This document shows, piece after piece, positions 1 through 11,479 of a DNA stretch of 64,000 nucleotides (position 1 is its first letter; every line of letters starts with the position of its first letter). Both the position numbers and the translations under genes were made by a program. Source of the stretch: Squalus acanthias. Lineage: Eukaryota. The DNA lies in contig CM059432.1 in the NCBI GenBank assembly GCA_030390025.1, forward strand, positions 120,406,001-120,470,000. The letters run 5' to 3'. The notes beneath the pieces are model-generated. The model saw nothing but the letters and a program-made list of their open reading frames with translations. It made no database searches and was not told the origin of the DNA.

Positions 1-1987
1 AATCTGTCATCCCTGCAATGGCCGCACCAAGAATGCAATGTTGGACAGTGTTGTTGTCACAGTATGATTACACGATTGAATATCGCACTTCACGGCAAAA
101 CGCAATCGCAGATGCCTTGTCCAGGTTGCCACATGAGAACTTGTGTGTTGGGAGTGAAGGTGAGATTTTCACGCTAGGTGCAGTTGAGAAAGACTTTCAC
201 TTGAATGCAACTAAGATTGCAGATGAGACTTAAAAGGACTCAGTACTGAAAAGAGTGTATGAAAACACCTTGAATGGATGGACTGATCAGTGTATGGACA
301 CAGAATTGAAACCATTCCATAACCGTTGTACTGAATTATCTTGTGAGCAAGGTTGTATCAAGTGGGGAAACAGAGTGGTGGTACCTACTTCTTTGAGAGA
401 TAGAATTCTGGCCAAACTTCAGACTGAACATCCAGGGATTGTCAGTATGAAATCAATTGCAACAAGCTTTGTTTACTGGCCTGGATTGGACAGTGAACTT
501 GAATCACTTGTCACGAAATGCAGCGTTTGCCAAAATAGCAAAAACAAACCACCTCCATTACAACCCTGGTCATGGCCAAGTAGACCTTTTCAGAGAGTAA
601 ATGTAGATTTCTGTGAGAAAGCAAATGATCATTTCCTGGTACTTGTAGATAGTCACTCAAAGTGGATTGAAGTGAAACACATGGGTTCAAATACTACAAC
701 TGAACGGGGGAAAAATTGGCTCGCGCCCGAAAGGGTGCTACTTTTAGCGCCCTGAAAAAGTGAGCACCCCGCGCCCGAAATTGAATGGTAGCGCCCCAAG
801 CAGGAGGCGGGGCACTACTGGAAGCGCTCCCCCCCTCCCTCTTGGGGCGCTCCCATTGAATATCACGGCACTATGTACAGCAGCGCCACGTGCGTCGGCA
901 TGTAGCACCGCGGTACTATAGGCCTCCCTCCCCTGATTAAAGGGGAGGGGCCTAGCATAGCGTGCACCGGGGCCCTGCTGGACCACCGGGGAGCGGGGTG
1001 CCGGCAAAAGAGCCTGGCATTCAAGAGGAATGCCGAGCTGACGGATCGCGGCTGGCACCCCACAGGAGGAGGCCAGAGGGGGCAGGTGCTGGCAGGCGGC
1101 CCCAAAAAAATGGCCGCTCAGCACCTGCCCTTTAATTATCGTCGCCCCAGCTGCAAAAACGCCACACTCACCCTGACCCAGTCGGACATAGCGTCCGGTG
1201 GTATGTCAGGGGTTCGCGAGCCAAGTTTGTGGTCAGGGCGCAAGCGGGGCACTGCGCACGGCAATGATGTCATCGCTGGAGGCACAGTGCTGTGGGGCGC
1301 TAGGTGCTTTGCAACCCGTTAGCGTACCACTGGACATACTCCAGCAGAACTCTTGATGAAGAGGAGATTGAGAACATGATTGAGTCTTGTTCAACTAAAT
1401 TTGGCCCCAAGGATTGAACAGAAACAGTTGAGTCAGAAACGTTATTATGACAGCAATCAGAAAGAACGCAGTTTCAAACAAAACGAGTGTCTTTGTGCAC
1501 TCGGTCCTCCTGGAAAGTCGAGTTCACACAAGTGGGATGTAGGAACCATAGTAGAGGTTGCTGGAACCAAGAGATATTTGGTTGAAATTGGTGACAAAAT
1601 CCAAAGTGTTCATGTAGATCAAATGATCTCTGCCAGAGATGAACCAAGATGTGATAGTGAACCACTTGATCATGAACTCATACATGAGTCTGACTCAATT
1701 CAGACTTCAGTAACTGAAGTACCAGGTTCAAACAGTCTGAGATAGAAACAGGATCTTATTTGAGTTTGGAACCAATACAAAACAGCCCGAAAATTGGTTC
1801 AACGCCAAAACCTTTTGTAAGATCAGGAAGGCTCTGCAAACCTGTTGTTAAACTGGATTTGTAGTTCATTTAAAAGAAAAAAAGCCAGGTTTTTTTTTAT
1901 GTGGTACATGTAATGCTGGGAAAGGTGGGACCATAGTTTTGTTGTATTTGAGAGGGGAATACATACATTTTTTTAAGGGGAAAGCAG
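1..1987 (+). mobile_element. Ty3/Gypsy LTR retrotransposon, 3' part of internal region (decayed pol: RNase H end, integrase), interrupted by a MITE at 706-1325
   Basis: Pol motifs RMQCW..LLSQYDYTIEYR..NAIADALSRLP, WGNRVVVP, H-PG..C..C zinc-binding domain, PFQRVNVDF, FLVLVDSHSKWIEV; resumes at ~1326 as TTGHTPAELLMKRRLRT; stop codons present; polypurine tract aaggggaaagcag at 1975-1987. Confidence 0.92.
706..1325. mobile_element. GC-rich Harbinger-type MITE (family B), right end deleted
   Basis: Starts with TIR gggggaaaaatt; internal motifs shared with 18005-18804, 25115-25838 and 34086-34816; no right TIR. Confidence 0.85.
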
Positions 1988-2356
1988 TGTAATGTATTAT
2001 CACATGGTTTGTCACATGGTTTAGTATGAGCATGCTCAGTTCGCTCTGGCCTCATAAAGCAAGCACATGGACTAGCAACTCATTGTGGGCTGGATTTTGC
2101 CAGCTGAGGCGGGTTCGCGTCGGGAGAGGTAGTTGACGGGTTCCGGTCCCGTTCCCAGATGCAGCCGCTCTGCTTATACAATCTTGCCATAATTGGGCTT
2201 GTTAAGCACTCGGAGTGCTTTGCCCGGCCCAATCACTAGGTGTGGGTCTGTTCAGCTCCTCTGATGACACATTTGCTGCCAGTTTATTTAAGGGGGCCAT
2301 GTCCACATTTGCTGTCACTTCTGCTTCCACACTTCTGAGTGCTGCTTGATCGCAAA

Positions 2357-4027
2357 ATGACTGCACAGAGACAGAGAGCTACGCCACACTTCAACAATGA
2401 CTCCCTCCATGTTCTTGGAGGGAGTCAGAGGACGCAGGGAGGCTCTGTTCCCTGGGAATAGAAGGAGGAGACCTCCTCACCAGACCAAAGGAGCCTGGTT
2501 GCAAATAGCTAAGGAGGTCACTGCAAGGTCTGTTGTTGCTCGCACTTGGGTGCAATGTAGGAAGAGGTTCAATGATCTCCTGCGTTCAGGAAAAGTGAGT
2601 ATAAAAGCACACTTACCTTAATTCTGCTGTGCCTATCATCACATCCCCATCACTCTGCATTGCCAACCCTACTCCTGCACATCCTAACTCACCCCAACAT
2701 CCCTTGCACCATCACCCATCCCTGTCTCCCTATCTACAGATTCATATCCCCATCTTACTATGCGCCCCTCACACTCACCCTCAAATTTATGCAATGACAA
2801 CAACTAACAACTCAAAAGGAGGCAACTTGGTATTGGCACCTCACTCCATCATAGTCTCCCTCTAAACATCTATCCTATCCATTCTTTACAATCATTCCAT
2901 CACTCTCACTGAAACTGCACTTCTTTCCCTCATTGCAGGAACAGAGAGCCCACAATAAGAGGGAGAGGGAGAGAACAGGAATGGAGCACCATCGCTCGCA
3001 GATCTCACCAGCGCTGGGGAGGCAGCTCTAGACATTGCAGGAGAAGTTCACCAGCCTGAAGTTGGTGACGGAGGGAGGGGCTCATGAGAACAACCTGGTG
3101 ACATAATTATTTTCCAGACATCTTATTTCATGAGTGACTCAATTGGGATCTGATGTGAATAGAAATGAAGTGCTCAACATGTGCACAATGGGATGTGTCT
3201 GCAATCTGCATATCACATGTCTAACTCATGTCTTTACTCTCCCACAGGACCATAAAGCGCCCCCTCCCTACTGTCCAGGAGGAAGAGCAGGTGCACTCCT
3301 CAGAGGATCCTCCAGCCTCTGAGGGAGCAGCATCAGCAGAAATGAGCGCACCCTGCACCAGCGCAGAGACACACACCTCGGTGGGTCCTATGCGAGATAG
3401 AGTAGTGTTGTCACCTGGTGTATCACAGATCACAAGTGAGCAAGATCAGATGGTGGAGACAGGGACAGCAGTGGAGACTCTTCGTCGGAGGCCGCAGGAA
3501 TCTCCTAGCTCTGCTCAGCTGCATGTAGACACTTCTAAATAGATGGTCATCTATGGAGGATAGATGGGCATCTATTGAGGAGAGAAACCAAAGGTTCATG
3601 GACGTCCTTGTTATGAGGAATGTCAGTACAGACACAGGTTCTCATAGCCCTAGTAATGTGCAGCAAGCTGATCTCCAAGCTACTTGCTGGCAGAGAAGTG
3701 CGGGTGGCCCATGAGAAGGATGATGGTGGGAGGGGAAATGGAAGTGGGGGCTCCTCTCCAAGCGATCCAGCTTTCCCCCCCTTGCCAACCCTTCGGTCAG
3801 AGTCCCATATGCCTCCCCGAACAGTGATGGCTGAGTCTTCCCCTGCACAGCCGTAGGAGGAGCCGACTTTGGTGGGGCCCTCAAAGGCTCCAAAACCCAG
3901 AGGACGACCGCCAAAGGCGTCTAAGCAGGCGCAGCAGGGAAGTGAGCAGCCTGCCTCTACCTCTGGTGAAGCCACAGGGATAGCACCTCGTAGAAGCACG
4001 CGTAAAAGAAAGCTCATATATAAATAG
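2357..4027 (+). pseudogene. Harbinger Myb/SANT-like DNA-binding protein, 3 exons (~2357-2594, 2939-3097, 3248-4027)
   Basis: AWLQIAKEVTARSVVARTWVQCRKRFNDL trihelix motif; GT/AG sites at 2595/2938 and 3098/3247; C-terminal PKPRGRPPK and RRSTRKRK; frameshifts and stops. Confidence 0.85.
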
Positions 4028-4313
4028 TCACTAGGGTAGTCACTTGGGTGATTTGCTATAAATGAATGCGAAGTTTCAGTTCTTTTATTTTGTTGTAATA
4101 AAGTCATGTTTTGTGAATGATTGATGTTGTTGCCATATGTGTGGTCACAAATTGAGGTGGCACAGACAAGGGTAAGAGCACCTTTATTGTTCAGCAATGG
4201 CGGTGACAGTGCAAGGATTGAACAGTTCATTGTAGAGATGCTCTATGGTGTAGCAGTGTGGTAATGCCAACCTTCATGTGTATGTGGCAGCCAGATGTCT
4301 GTGCTGCATAAAG

Positions 4314-5487
4314 TTACGTGAATCTGGCATTGATTAGGTCATCCCTGGCATCACGGGCAGCAATGTGCTCGCCTCCTGGTCGCACTGGGTCAGCCGCCTC
4401 CTCCAGGTCTTCCTCTTGCTGAACCTCATTCTGCTCATCCTCCTCCTCCTCCTCTGAAGAGGCTGTGCGCTCTGGGCCTTCTTCCTCATGCAGCGCTAAT
4501 CCTCGCTGCAGTGCGATGGTGTGCAGGGCGCAGCAGACAATGATTCTGGAGATCCTGGCTGGTGCGTACTGAATGGCTCCACCAGATCTGTCCAGGCATC
4601 TGAAGCGCATTTTGAGCAACTCTATTGTTTGCTCTATGACACTTCTGATGGAAATGTGGCTTTGATTGCAGTGCTCCTCAGACTCCTCAATGGTGTCATT
4701 AGCTACATCTTCAGGGGATAGCCCTTGTTTTCCAGGAACCAGCCGGAAAGTTCGTTTGGCGGTGCGATGAGCTGAGGGACAGTGGACTGGCGCAGGATGT
4801 AAAAGTCATGGCAGCTGCCAGGGAACCTCGCGCACACATGCATGATGCTCTTCCTATGGTGCTGAATTCTGATGAGGTGCCCTGATGGCCACATGTGTGC
4901 AGTCGATGACGCCCTACACCCATGAGAAGCCAGCCAGATTGGCAAAGCCGAGCGCCCACTCGGTTAACACTGGCTTCATCAGTGGAAAAGTGGATGTAAT
5001 TGGCGGACTTGTTAAAGAGGACATCGGTGACCTGCGTGATGCATCTGTGGGCGGCCGACTGGGAGATGCCGCTAATGTCTGCTGCTGATCCCTGGAAGGA
5101 GCCTGACGCAAAGAAGTTGAGGGCTGTGGTGACTTTGACAGCCACTGGTAAGGTGTGTCCACCCGCTCCTCTGGGCTGCAGGTCTTGATCGAGCATTGTG
5201 CAAATGTCTGCGACTACCTGTCGCGAAAGTCTCAGCCTCCTTTGGCACTGCTGCTCAGTCATGTTGAGGAAGCTCATCCTCGGCCTGTAAACCCTGTGTT
5301 GGGGATATCTCCTGCGGCGCGGTGCAGCCCTGCGCTGATGCCCTCTGCCCTGTGCAGCATCAGGTGGTTGAGGAAAAGGTTGGTGCTCTTGTTGTTGGTG
5401 CTGTTGGTGTGCCTGGTTCTGCTGCTGCTGCGGATGATCATCTTCCAATTCTGAGGACCAGGGTGAGAGAGTATAAATCGTTCCCAT
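4314..5487 (-). pseudogene. Harbinger (HARBI1-like) DDE transposase, frameshifted
   Basis: [64 protein letters not shown] plus acidic tail. Confidence 0.92.
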
Positions 5488-6180
5488 TCTGCTGTTATAT
5501 ATGGCAGTTGAGGATGAGAAGGTAGAAGCAGTCAGTCACGGGGAGAGAGGCTATTCCAAGGAGGTGACAGTGCATATAGAGTTTACACCACACACTTACA
5601 GCCTCAATACAGATCAAATGAGTCTTCCCAATCCTGAAATCAGCAACTTCTGACATTGCAAACTGAACAGATGTGAAAGGTTAGATTTTATACTGCAGTT
5701 GCAGCTGGGAACTATTCAGCTCGATTGACCTCCTGACATACTTACCTGATGTGATCTCCGAACAATGTGAACCCCGTTGAAAAAAGGCGGCCAAAATTGT
5801 CTTTAACAAGTACTTAATAAGAAGTTAATTATCCTAAATGCCTCCCCTGCCACTTGGTGTCGGGTCTGTTCTGAAATCGCAGACCCGACACTTTGGAAAC
5901 TTACATGGAGGCGGGTTCGCAGCGGGTTCCCAACCCATCGTCAATCATTGCGATTTTGACAGCGGACCCACCTCCAAACCTGTCCTCTGTGCGCTGGCAA
6001 AATCGCGGCCACCGTGTCTCTGTCCTTCATTTGTTCTACCCACATATATTACAATACTGGAGGAGGAAAATATTTTGCTTATGTACCTATCAATGAGAAC
6101 ACATCACAAGCAATCCATGCATTTATATCCTTCTCACTGCACTCTGAAGTCAGGCTGAGCCCTAACTCTGGAATTACATA

Positions 6181-6375
6181 AATAAAATCAGAAAATGCTC
6201 GAAATACTCAGCAGGTCAGGCAGCATCTGTGGAGAGAGAAACAGAGTTAACGTTTCAGGTCGGTGGCCTTTCCTCAGAACTGGAGAAAGTTAGAGATGTA
6301 ACAGAATGTAAGCAAGTGTAGGGGCAAGAAAAGGGGGAGAGGGGAGGAAAGAACAAAAGGGACGGTCTGTGATAG
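6181..6375 (-). mobile_element. Penelope-like element terminal (pLTR) fragment
   Basis: Homologous to the 3' end of the coding Penelope at 62573-62780. Confidence 0.8.
6245..6281 (-). ncRNA. Minimal type I hammerhead ribozyme motif
   Basis: AGUU CUGAGGA A AGGCC ACC GACCU GAAA CGUU AACU; one C-A mismatch in stem II. Confidence 0.65.
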
Positions 6376-6733
6376 AAGACCTGTCTTCTTCTGTATACCC
6401 CCTGGACCAAGGCCTCCAGTGTTGTATCTGAGAAGCGAGGTGCCCTTTCACTCCACTGTTGTGACATTGCTGCAGCTACAGTGACAATGAGGTGCTTCTG
6501 CCACAAAGCACCTCCCCTTTAAGAAGTGCAGAGAGCCTAGGCAAACTTTAATTGGCCAGCAGACTGCACACGATATTGGTCCCCCTGTTGAGCGCTGTGC
6601 CAACCAGCAGCGCGTTTAGCACTGGACTCAGCTCACAAATTTTGCGTGCTGCCTGCACCTCTTTCAACAGGCGTGGGCTGATCACACATCGCAATCCCTG
6701 CAGCTGTTTTCAGGCCAAATCCAATTTCACCCC
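6376..6733 (-). mobile_element. Harbinger terminal remnant with Myb N-terminus
   Basis: MSQQWSERAPRFSDTTLEALVQGVYRRRQVF; TIR-like caatttcacccc end. Confidence 0.65.
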
Positions 6734-9700
6734 CAATGTCTCTAAAAAAACCTCTCCATGTCTCCATGATCACCCATCGTTTCATCTACAGATGTCCTAG
6801 ATCCTCTGCCATATATCTGATATTGCCCTCTGTGATTTCAAAGTGACATGTACCTACTTTATGAACTACAAAATCTGTTCTTTTTTGGCAGATTAGGAGC
6901 AGAAGGGCCGGATATAGGGGCAGAACCCATTTCCATTGGGTTTCCAACCCTTTCTGACCCCAACAAGAATTTCTAATTGGGCATTCTGCTTCTTCCACCA
7001 GCCCCTATCCTCACGCCAGTTTTCAGGGTGTGTCTCGTGGAACCGCAGGCTTTCCCTGAGATCCTTTAAACGATGCCTCCCGTACAGCCTGTGGTGTATA
7101 AGTGTGCACAAAGCAGGGGTACCTGCCGTACAAGACAGTTTTTGAGCCCCACAATGCTGTATTCAAATGCAGTTGATCGTGGAGAGATTTCCTGTCCCCA
7201 GAATTTGAGATCGATCATAGCAAGTCCAGATGGGCAGAAGTCCCGCCCTGCGTTAATTCCAGTGGTGCTGTTGCCCCATCAGATCTACTGGGCTAAAGTC
7301 AATCTTTCCCACCCTCACCATGTTTCAAAGATCACCCCTCTTGCTATCTTGAGGCACCTCAGACTCCCTGCTTTGTGATTCTCAACTGAAAAATCCCTTG
7401 CTCTTGCAATATATCTCCTGCCTGCCTCTTCAGTATCTTGGAATTTCTTTAATGCATTTTAAACCTCCCTCTTTTTTTTTTCTCTCTCCCTTACCCCCAT
7501 CCCATTATGTGCATATATCAACCTTCCTGCCATACCGAACAATGCCATGTTCAAGCATCCCTTCCACGTGCTGCATGGGCATTCCTACTTTTTCTTCCAT
7601 CACTCCTACAACTTGCTCTTTTTCTCATTCTTGGACCAGGAAGGAGACTTGAGTAGCGCACTGGACAGACAGAGAGAAAATGAGCACGCGTTTCAACTTG
7701 ACAGACTGCGAGTAGGCAAGCAGCAACTATTGATAGAGATTACTTAATATGAATAATTATGTCATAGATTTCCCATTAACGCTTCTCCGTACTCTAAATT
7801 GCTGTAACTGTGTAAGATAAAACAGTTGGTTCCACAGGAGCACATTATATGGACAGGCTTAATGACTTTAAAATCAGTCACTCACTGTACCAACTAATTT
7901 TAGTACTCCCAGTGCAAACATGATAAACTGGACACTAACTTATAATGGACAGCACACCAGTTCACACACCAGTCCATTATCAGTGGCTTACATTATACTC
8001 TTTTCGGTACCTCTGATTCTGTATTGTTTTTGGCATCAATATTTTATAGACTATGCTGAATTTGAAAATCAGGAAAAAATATAATCAATGAATAATTCAA
8101 GAATCACAACTGAAGTCTTATTAGGCGATATCCAACGGAGCTCAGGAAATGGCAGGAAAAGCTCAAAATGAAGGCAGAAAGAGGTAATAAAAAATAAATA
8201 TTCGCTAAAACATAAGTTCAGCTACCATAATGACAACTGGAAAATAAGAATTTGCCACATGGATTTTTACTTGTCACATCTTTTTTATCTCTGCTTTGAT
8301 TCCCATCCATGGTCTTTGATTTCAAGGCTGCGTGATAGCTATTTATGGATAGTGCTGTATGTTTAACCAGAAGGAAAGCGGAACTACATTCAACAACCTT
8401 AGAAAGTCATAATAAATGTGACAGAGACTTCTGATACCTCAAAAAGTCTGACATGGAATGTAGCTGGGCTACCTGAACATTATAATTACCGTGGTCCAGG
8501 CCCAATTATAAAGAATGACGAACTGTCCTGAAATATCCAAACCGAGAGACATAGGCACACAGACACTATACAGGTTGTTTTATTCAGCAGTGTAGTTACC
8601 TACAAAAGTTGCACTGTGTTATAATTGTGGCTTGCAGAGCCAGAAACGATATTTATTTGAACCATTTTTGATGTTAAGGATATGCGTTCTATATCAGATT
8701 GCAGAATGTGAAGATATTGCCTGCAGTGCTCATCAAGCATCCCACCATACTCCTGCTACGGTTTCAATACTAGACAAATTCTCATCATTACTATTGAAAG
8801 GTTAAGGCCAGCTGGATAATTTTTGAATCACATGAGCAAAGCTCGCTACTTAATTCTGCTTGCAATGGGAAACCAGGGCAATTCCATGAAATGTCAGTGC
8901 CTCTTATCTATAACTATTTCTTATCACCACATCCACCCTTTGCGCTAACTACCTTGATTTCTTTAATTCCTGATCTATTATACAGTTGTCCTACCAACAT
9001 ATGCCACAGATCATTTTTATATCATCTAAATTGATAAATCCAGGATTTCGTAGAACTAAAATGATTTTTAGGACCTGAAGCAGAATGCAAACGATTAAGC
9101 AGCAATATAACAATAATGGGAAGGATTGTGTCAGTGTAGCATTCAGTCAGAAGTGGCTACACCAATCTAATAACCAGCAGTGTGTGGGCTAGATTTTCCT
9201 CTATATGACTGTGCATTTTTGGGCGTACCTGCAGTTGACATCCAATGACAGACTTCCAGCGCAGAAACATCATGGAAGTTTGCCCTTGGGCCCCGTTGCA
9301 GATGGCCATCTTTGACTTCTGAATCCCTGCCCTGTCATAAGGAAATGACACTGGATGGGTGGGGTTTGCTGCACGATCACTTTTCCCTGTGGTTTCTGGC
9401 AGTAGAGAACACCTCAGGGGAAGAGATATTGTGACAGCCCAGAGGCATTCCATTGCAGAAGACTATAGGGACCTTTTTAATAAGGATGTTTTTAATCAGC
9501 GTTAGATCAATAGTTTTTTAAATTATTTTTAAATTCATGCCAATTCTTTTTAAAGTAATTAAAATGTGAAGGTACATTTCAATATAATGTATTTTTTAAA
9601 GTTGATTTAATTATTTTAAAATTATTTTAACGTATATTTGAAAGCTTTTTAAAATAGTTTGAAATTGAAAGATTGCATTCGGGGTCCCAGGAATCAATGG

Positions 9701-10282
9701 GGTTTTCTTTAGATCTTGCCCTGTTCCTCTGCTTTGATGAGGAAGAAGAGGAGGATTAGGAGGCCCACCACAGGGATGCCAGGCTGAACTGTCATCAGTA
9801 GATGACTTCTGGTCCTGTCCACTGACAGTCGCATCTTCCTGTCTGCAGACCCAGATTGGCTACTTCATCGGGATCCCTTGACAATGCATGAGAAAGCATT
9901 TCCCTCACAAAGCAATCTCTCATAAATTGCACCAGCTGCCAGATAGCTGAAGACACAGCTTAAAAGGGAGATCTTCAGATGAATAACAGACAAGCCCACT
10001 GCCAAATGAATCCTGCCATCATTGCCCCTTGTTGACAACAAACTCAACTCAGTCACTTGCTGCTGTTGAACTCTCCTTCACAACTTCCAACGCTACTATT
10101 TGGAGATCATTCTGCTATTCCTTCATGCAAGCATTCCCCTATCTTGATCTAAATATTTTGTTATTGTTGTTGTTTAAATATCCCTGCTGTTTGAGGCTGC
10201 CATGATTCCCCTTGGTGCCAATTCTTGCATTCCTGTTCAGTCTTAGCCTCTTACATCTCCTACAGTGGCAGAAGCTTCTGAG

Positions 10283-11123
10283 GCACATAGATGGGCTAAC
10301 ATAATGGGCAGACAACTGGCAGATGGAATTTAATATAGTGTGAGGTGATGCATTTTGGCAGAAGGGATAGGGAGAGGCAATATAGACTCAATGGCACAGT
10401 TCTAAAGAGTGTGCAGGGTGAGAGGGACCTGGGGGTTCATGTGCATAGACCTTTGAAGTTGGCAGGACATATTGAGAGAGTAGTTAGCAAAGCATATGGG
10501 ATTTTGGGCTTCATAAATAGAGGTATTGAGTACAAAAGCAGGGAAGTTATGCTGAACCTTTATAAAGCTCTGGTTAGGCCACAACTAGAGTATTGCATCC
10601 AGTTTTGGTCACCACACTTTATAGAAGGATGTGAAGGTCCTTCAGAGGGTGCAGAGGGGATTTACCAGAATGGTTCCAGGGATGAGGGATTTTAGCTACA
10701 AGGTTAAGTTGGAGAAGCTGGGGTTGTTTTCCCTGGAGCAAAGGAGGTTGAGGGGAGATTTGATAGAGGTGTACAAGATTATGATGGGTTTGGATAAGGT
10801 AGACAGAGAAAGGCTGTTCCCATTAGTTGATGGTACAAGGACTAGGGGACACAAATTTAAGGTTCTGGGCAAGAGATACAGAGGGATGTGAAGGAAGAAC
10901 TTTTTTACGCAGCGAGTGGTAATGACCTGGAACTCGCTGCCGATGAGGGTGGAAGTGGAGACGATCAATGATTTCAAAAGGAAATTGGATCGGCACTTGA
11001 GGGAAATAAACTTGCAGGGCTACAGGATAGAGTGGGGGAATGGGACTGACTGGATTGCTCGTCAGAGAGCTGGCATGGACTCGATGGGCCGACTGGCCTC
11101 CTTCTGTGCCGTAATGACTCCAT
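10283..11123 (+). mobile_element. CR1 LINE, 5'-truncated; tail continues at ~15290-15303
   Basis: ERDLGVHV, LVRPQLEYCIQFWSP, RRLRGDLIEVYK, WNSLP; CR1 3' UTR hairpin and gactctat-type tail. Confidence 0.92.
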
Positions 11124-11479
11124 GGGGGAAAAATTCGGTAGCGACCATTTTGGGGCGCTAACATCGGTCGGCCGCAAACTTTAGTGCCTGGCGCAAATTA
11201 GCGCCGGCGACCGCGAAATTAATCTCCAGCGCCCCTGGAGGTGATTGGAGCATTAAATCAAGCGCTACACACTTCTATTAGGGCGCTAATGACAGGGAAC
11301 GGGGCGCTACCTCAGAGCGCTACTCAAGCTCAGGCCCTGTCAATTACCTAGTACTCAGACAGACTGGCGCCTTCCAGTTCTTAAAGGGGAGGTTCAATCA
11401 TGCTGCACAGCCTCACCCTGATCATTGCTGCTTGTGACCTGGGCCTGCAAGGAGCTGCAATTCTTTAACCAGGAATATC

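Larger units (their letters stand above)
2087..6010. mobile_element. PIF/Harbinger DNA transposon, family A (decayed, near full length)
   Basis: TIRs gggctggattttgccagc / gctggcaaaatcgcggcc (15/18 match); convergent Myb/SANT and transposase genes. Confidence 0.92.
1988..6053 (+). repeat. Gypsy 3' LTR split in two (1988-2086 and 6011-6053) by a Harbinger insertion
   Basis: TGTAAT directly after the PPT; matching inverted end ATTACA at 6048-6053. Confidence 0.75.

Noticed and set aside
4314..5487. Domesticated host HARBI1/NAIF1 genes
   Set aside because: Flanked by TIRs, multi-copy and frameshifted, so these are transposon copies.
7921..7985. Short inverted repeat ataatggac / gtccattat
   Set aside because: Only ~9 bp with no TSD or family support.
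9186..10260. Additional Harbinger element
   Set aside because: A TIR-like start and faint transposase traces exist, but it is too decayed to bound.
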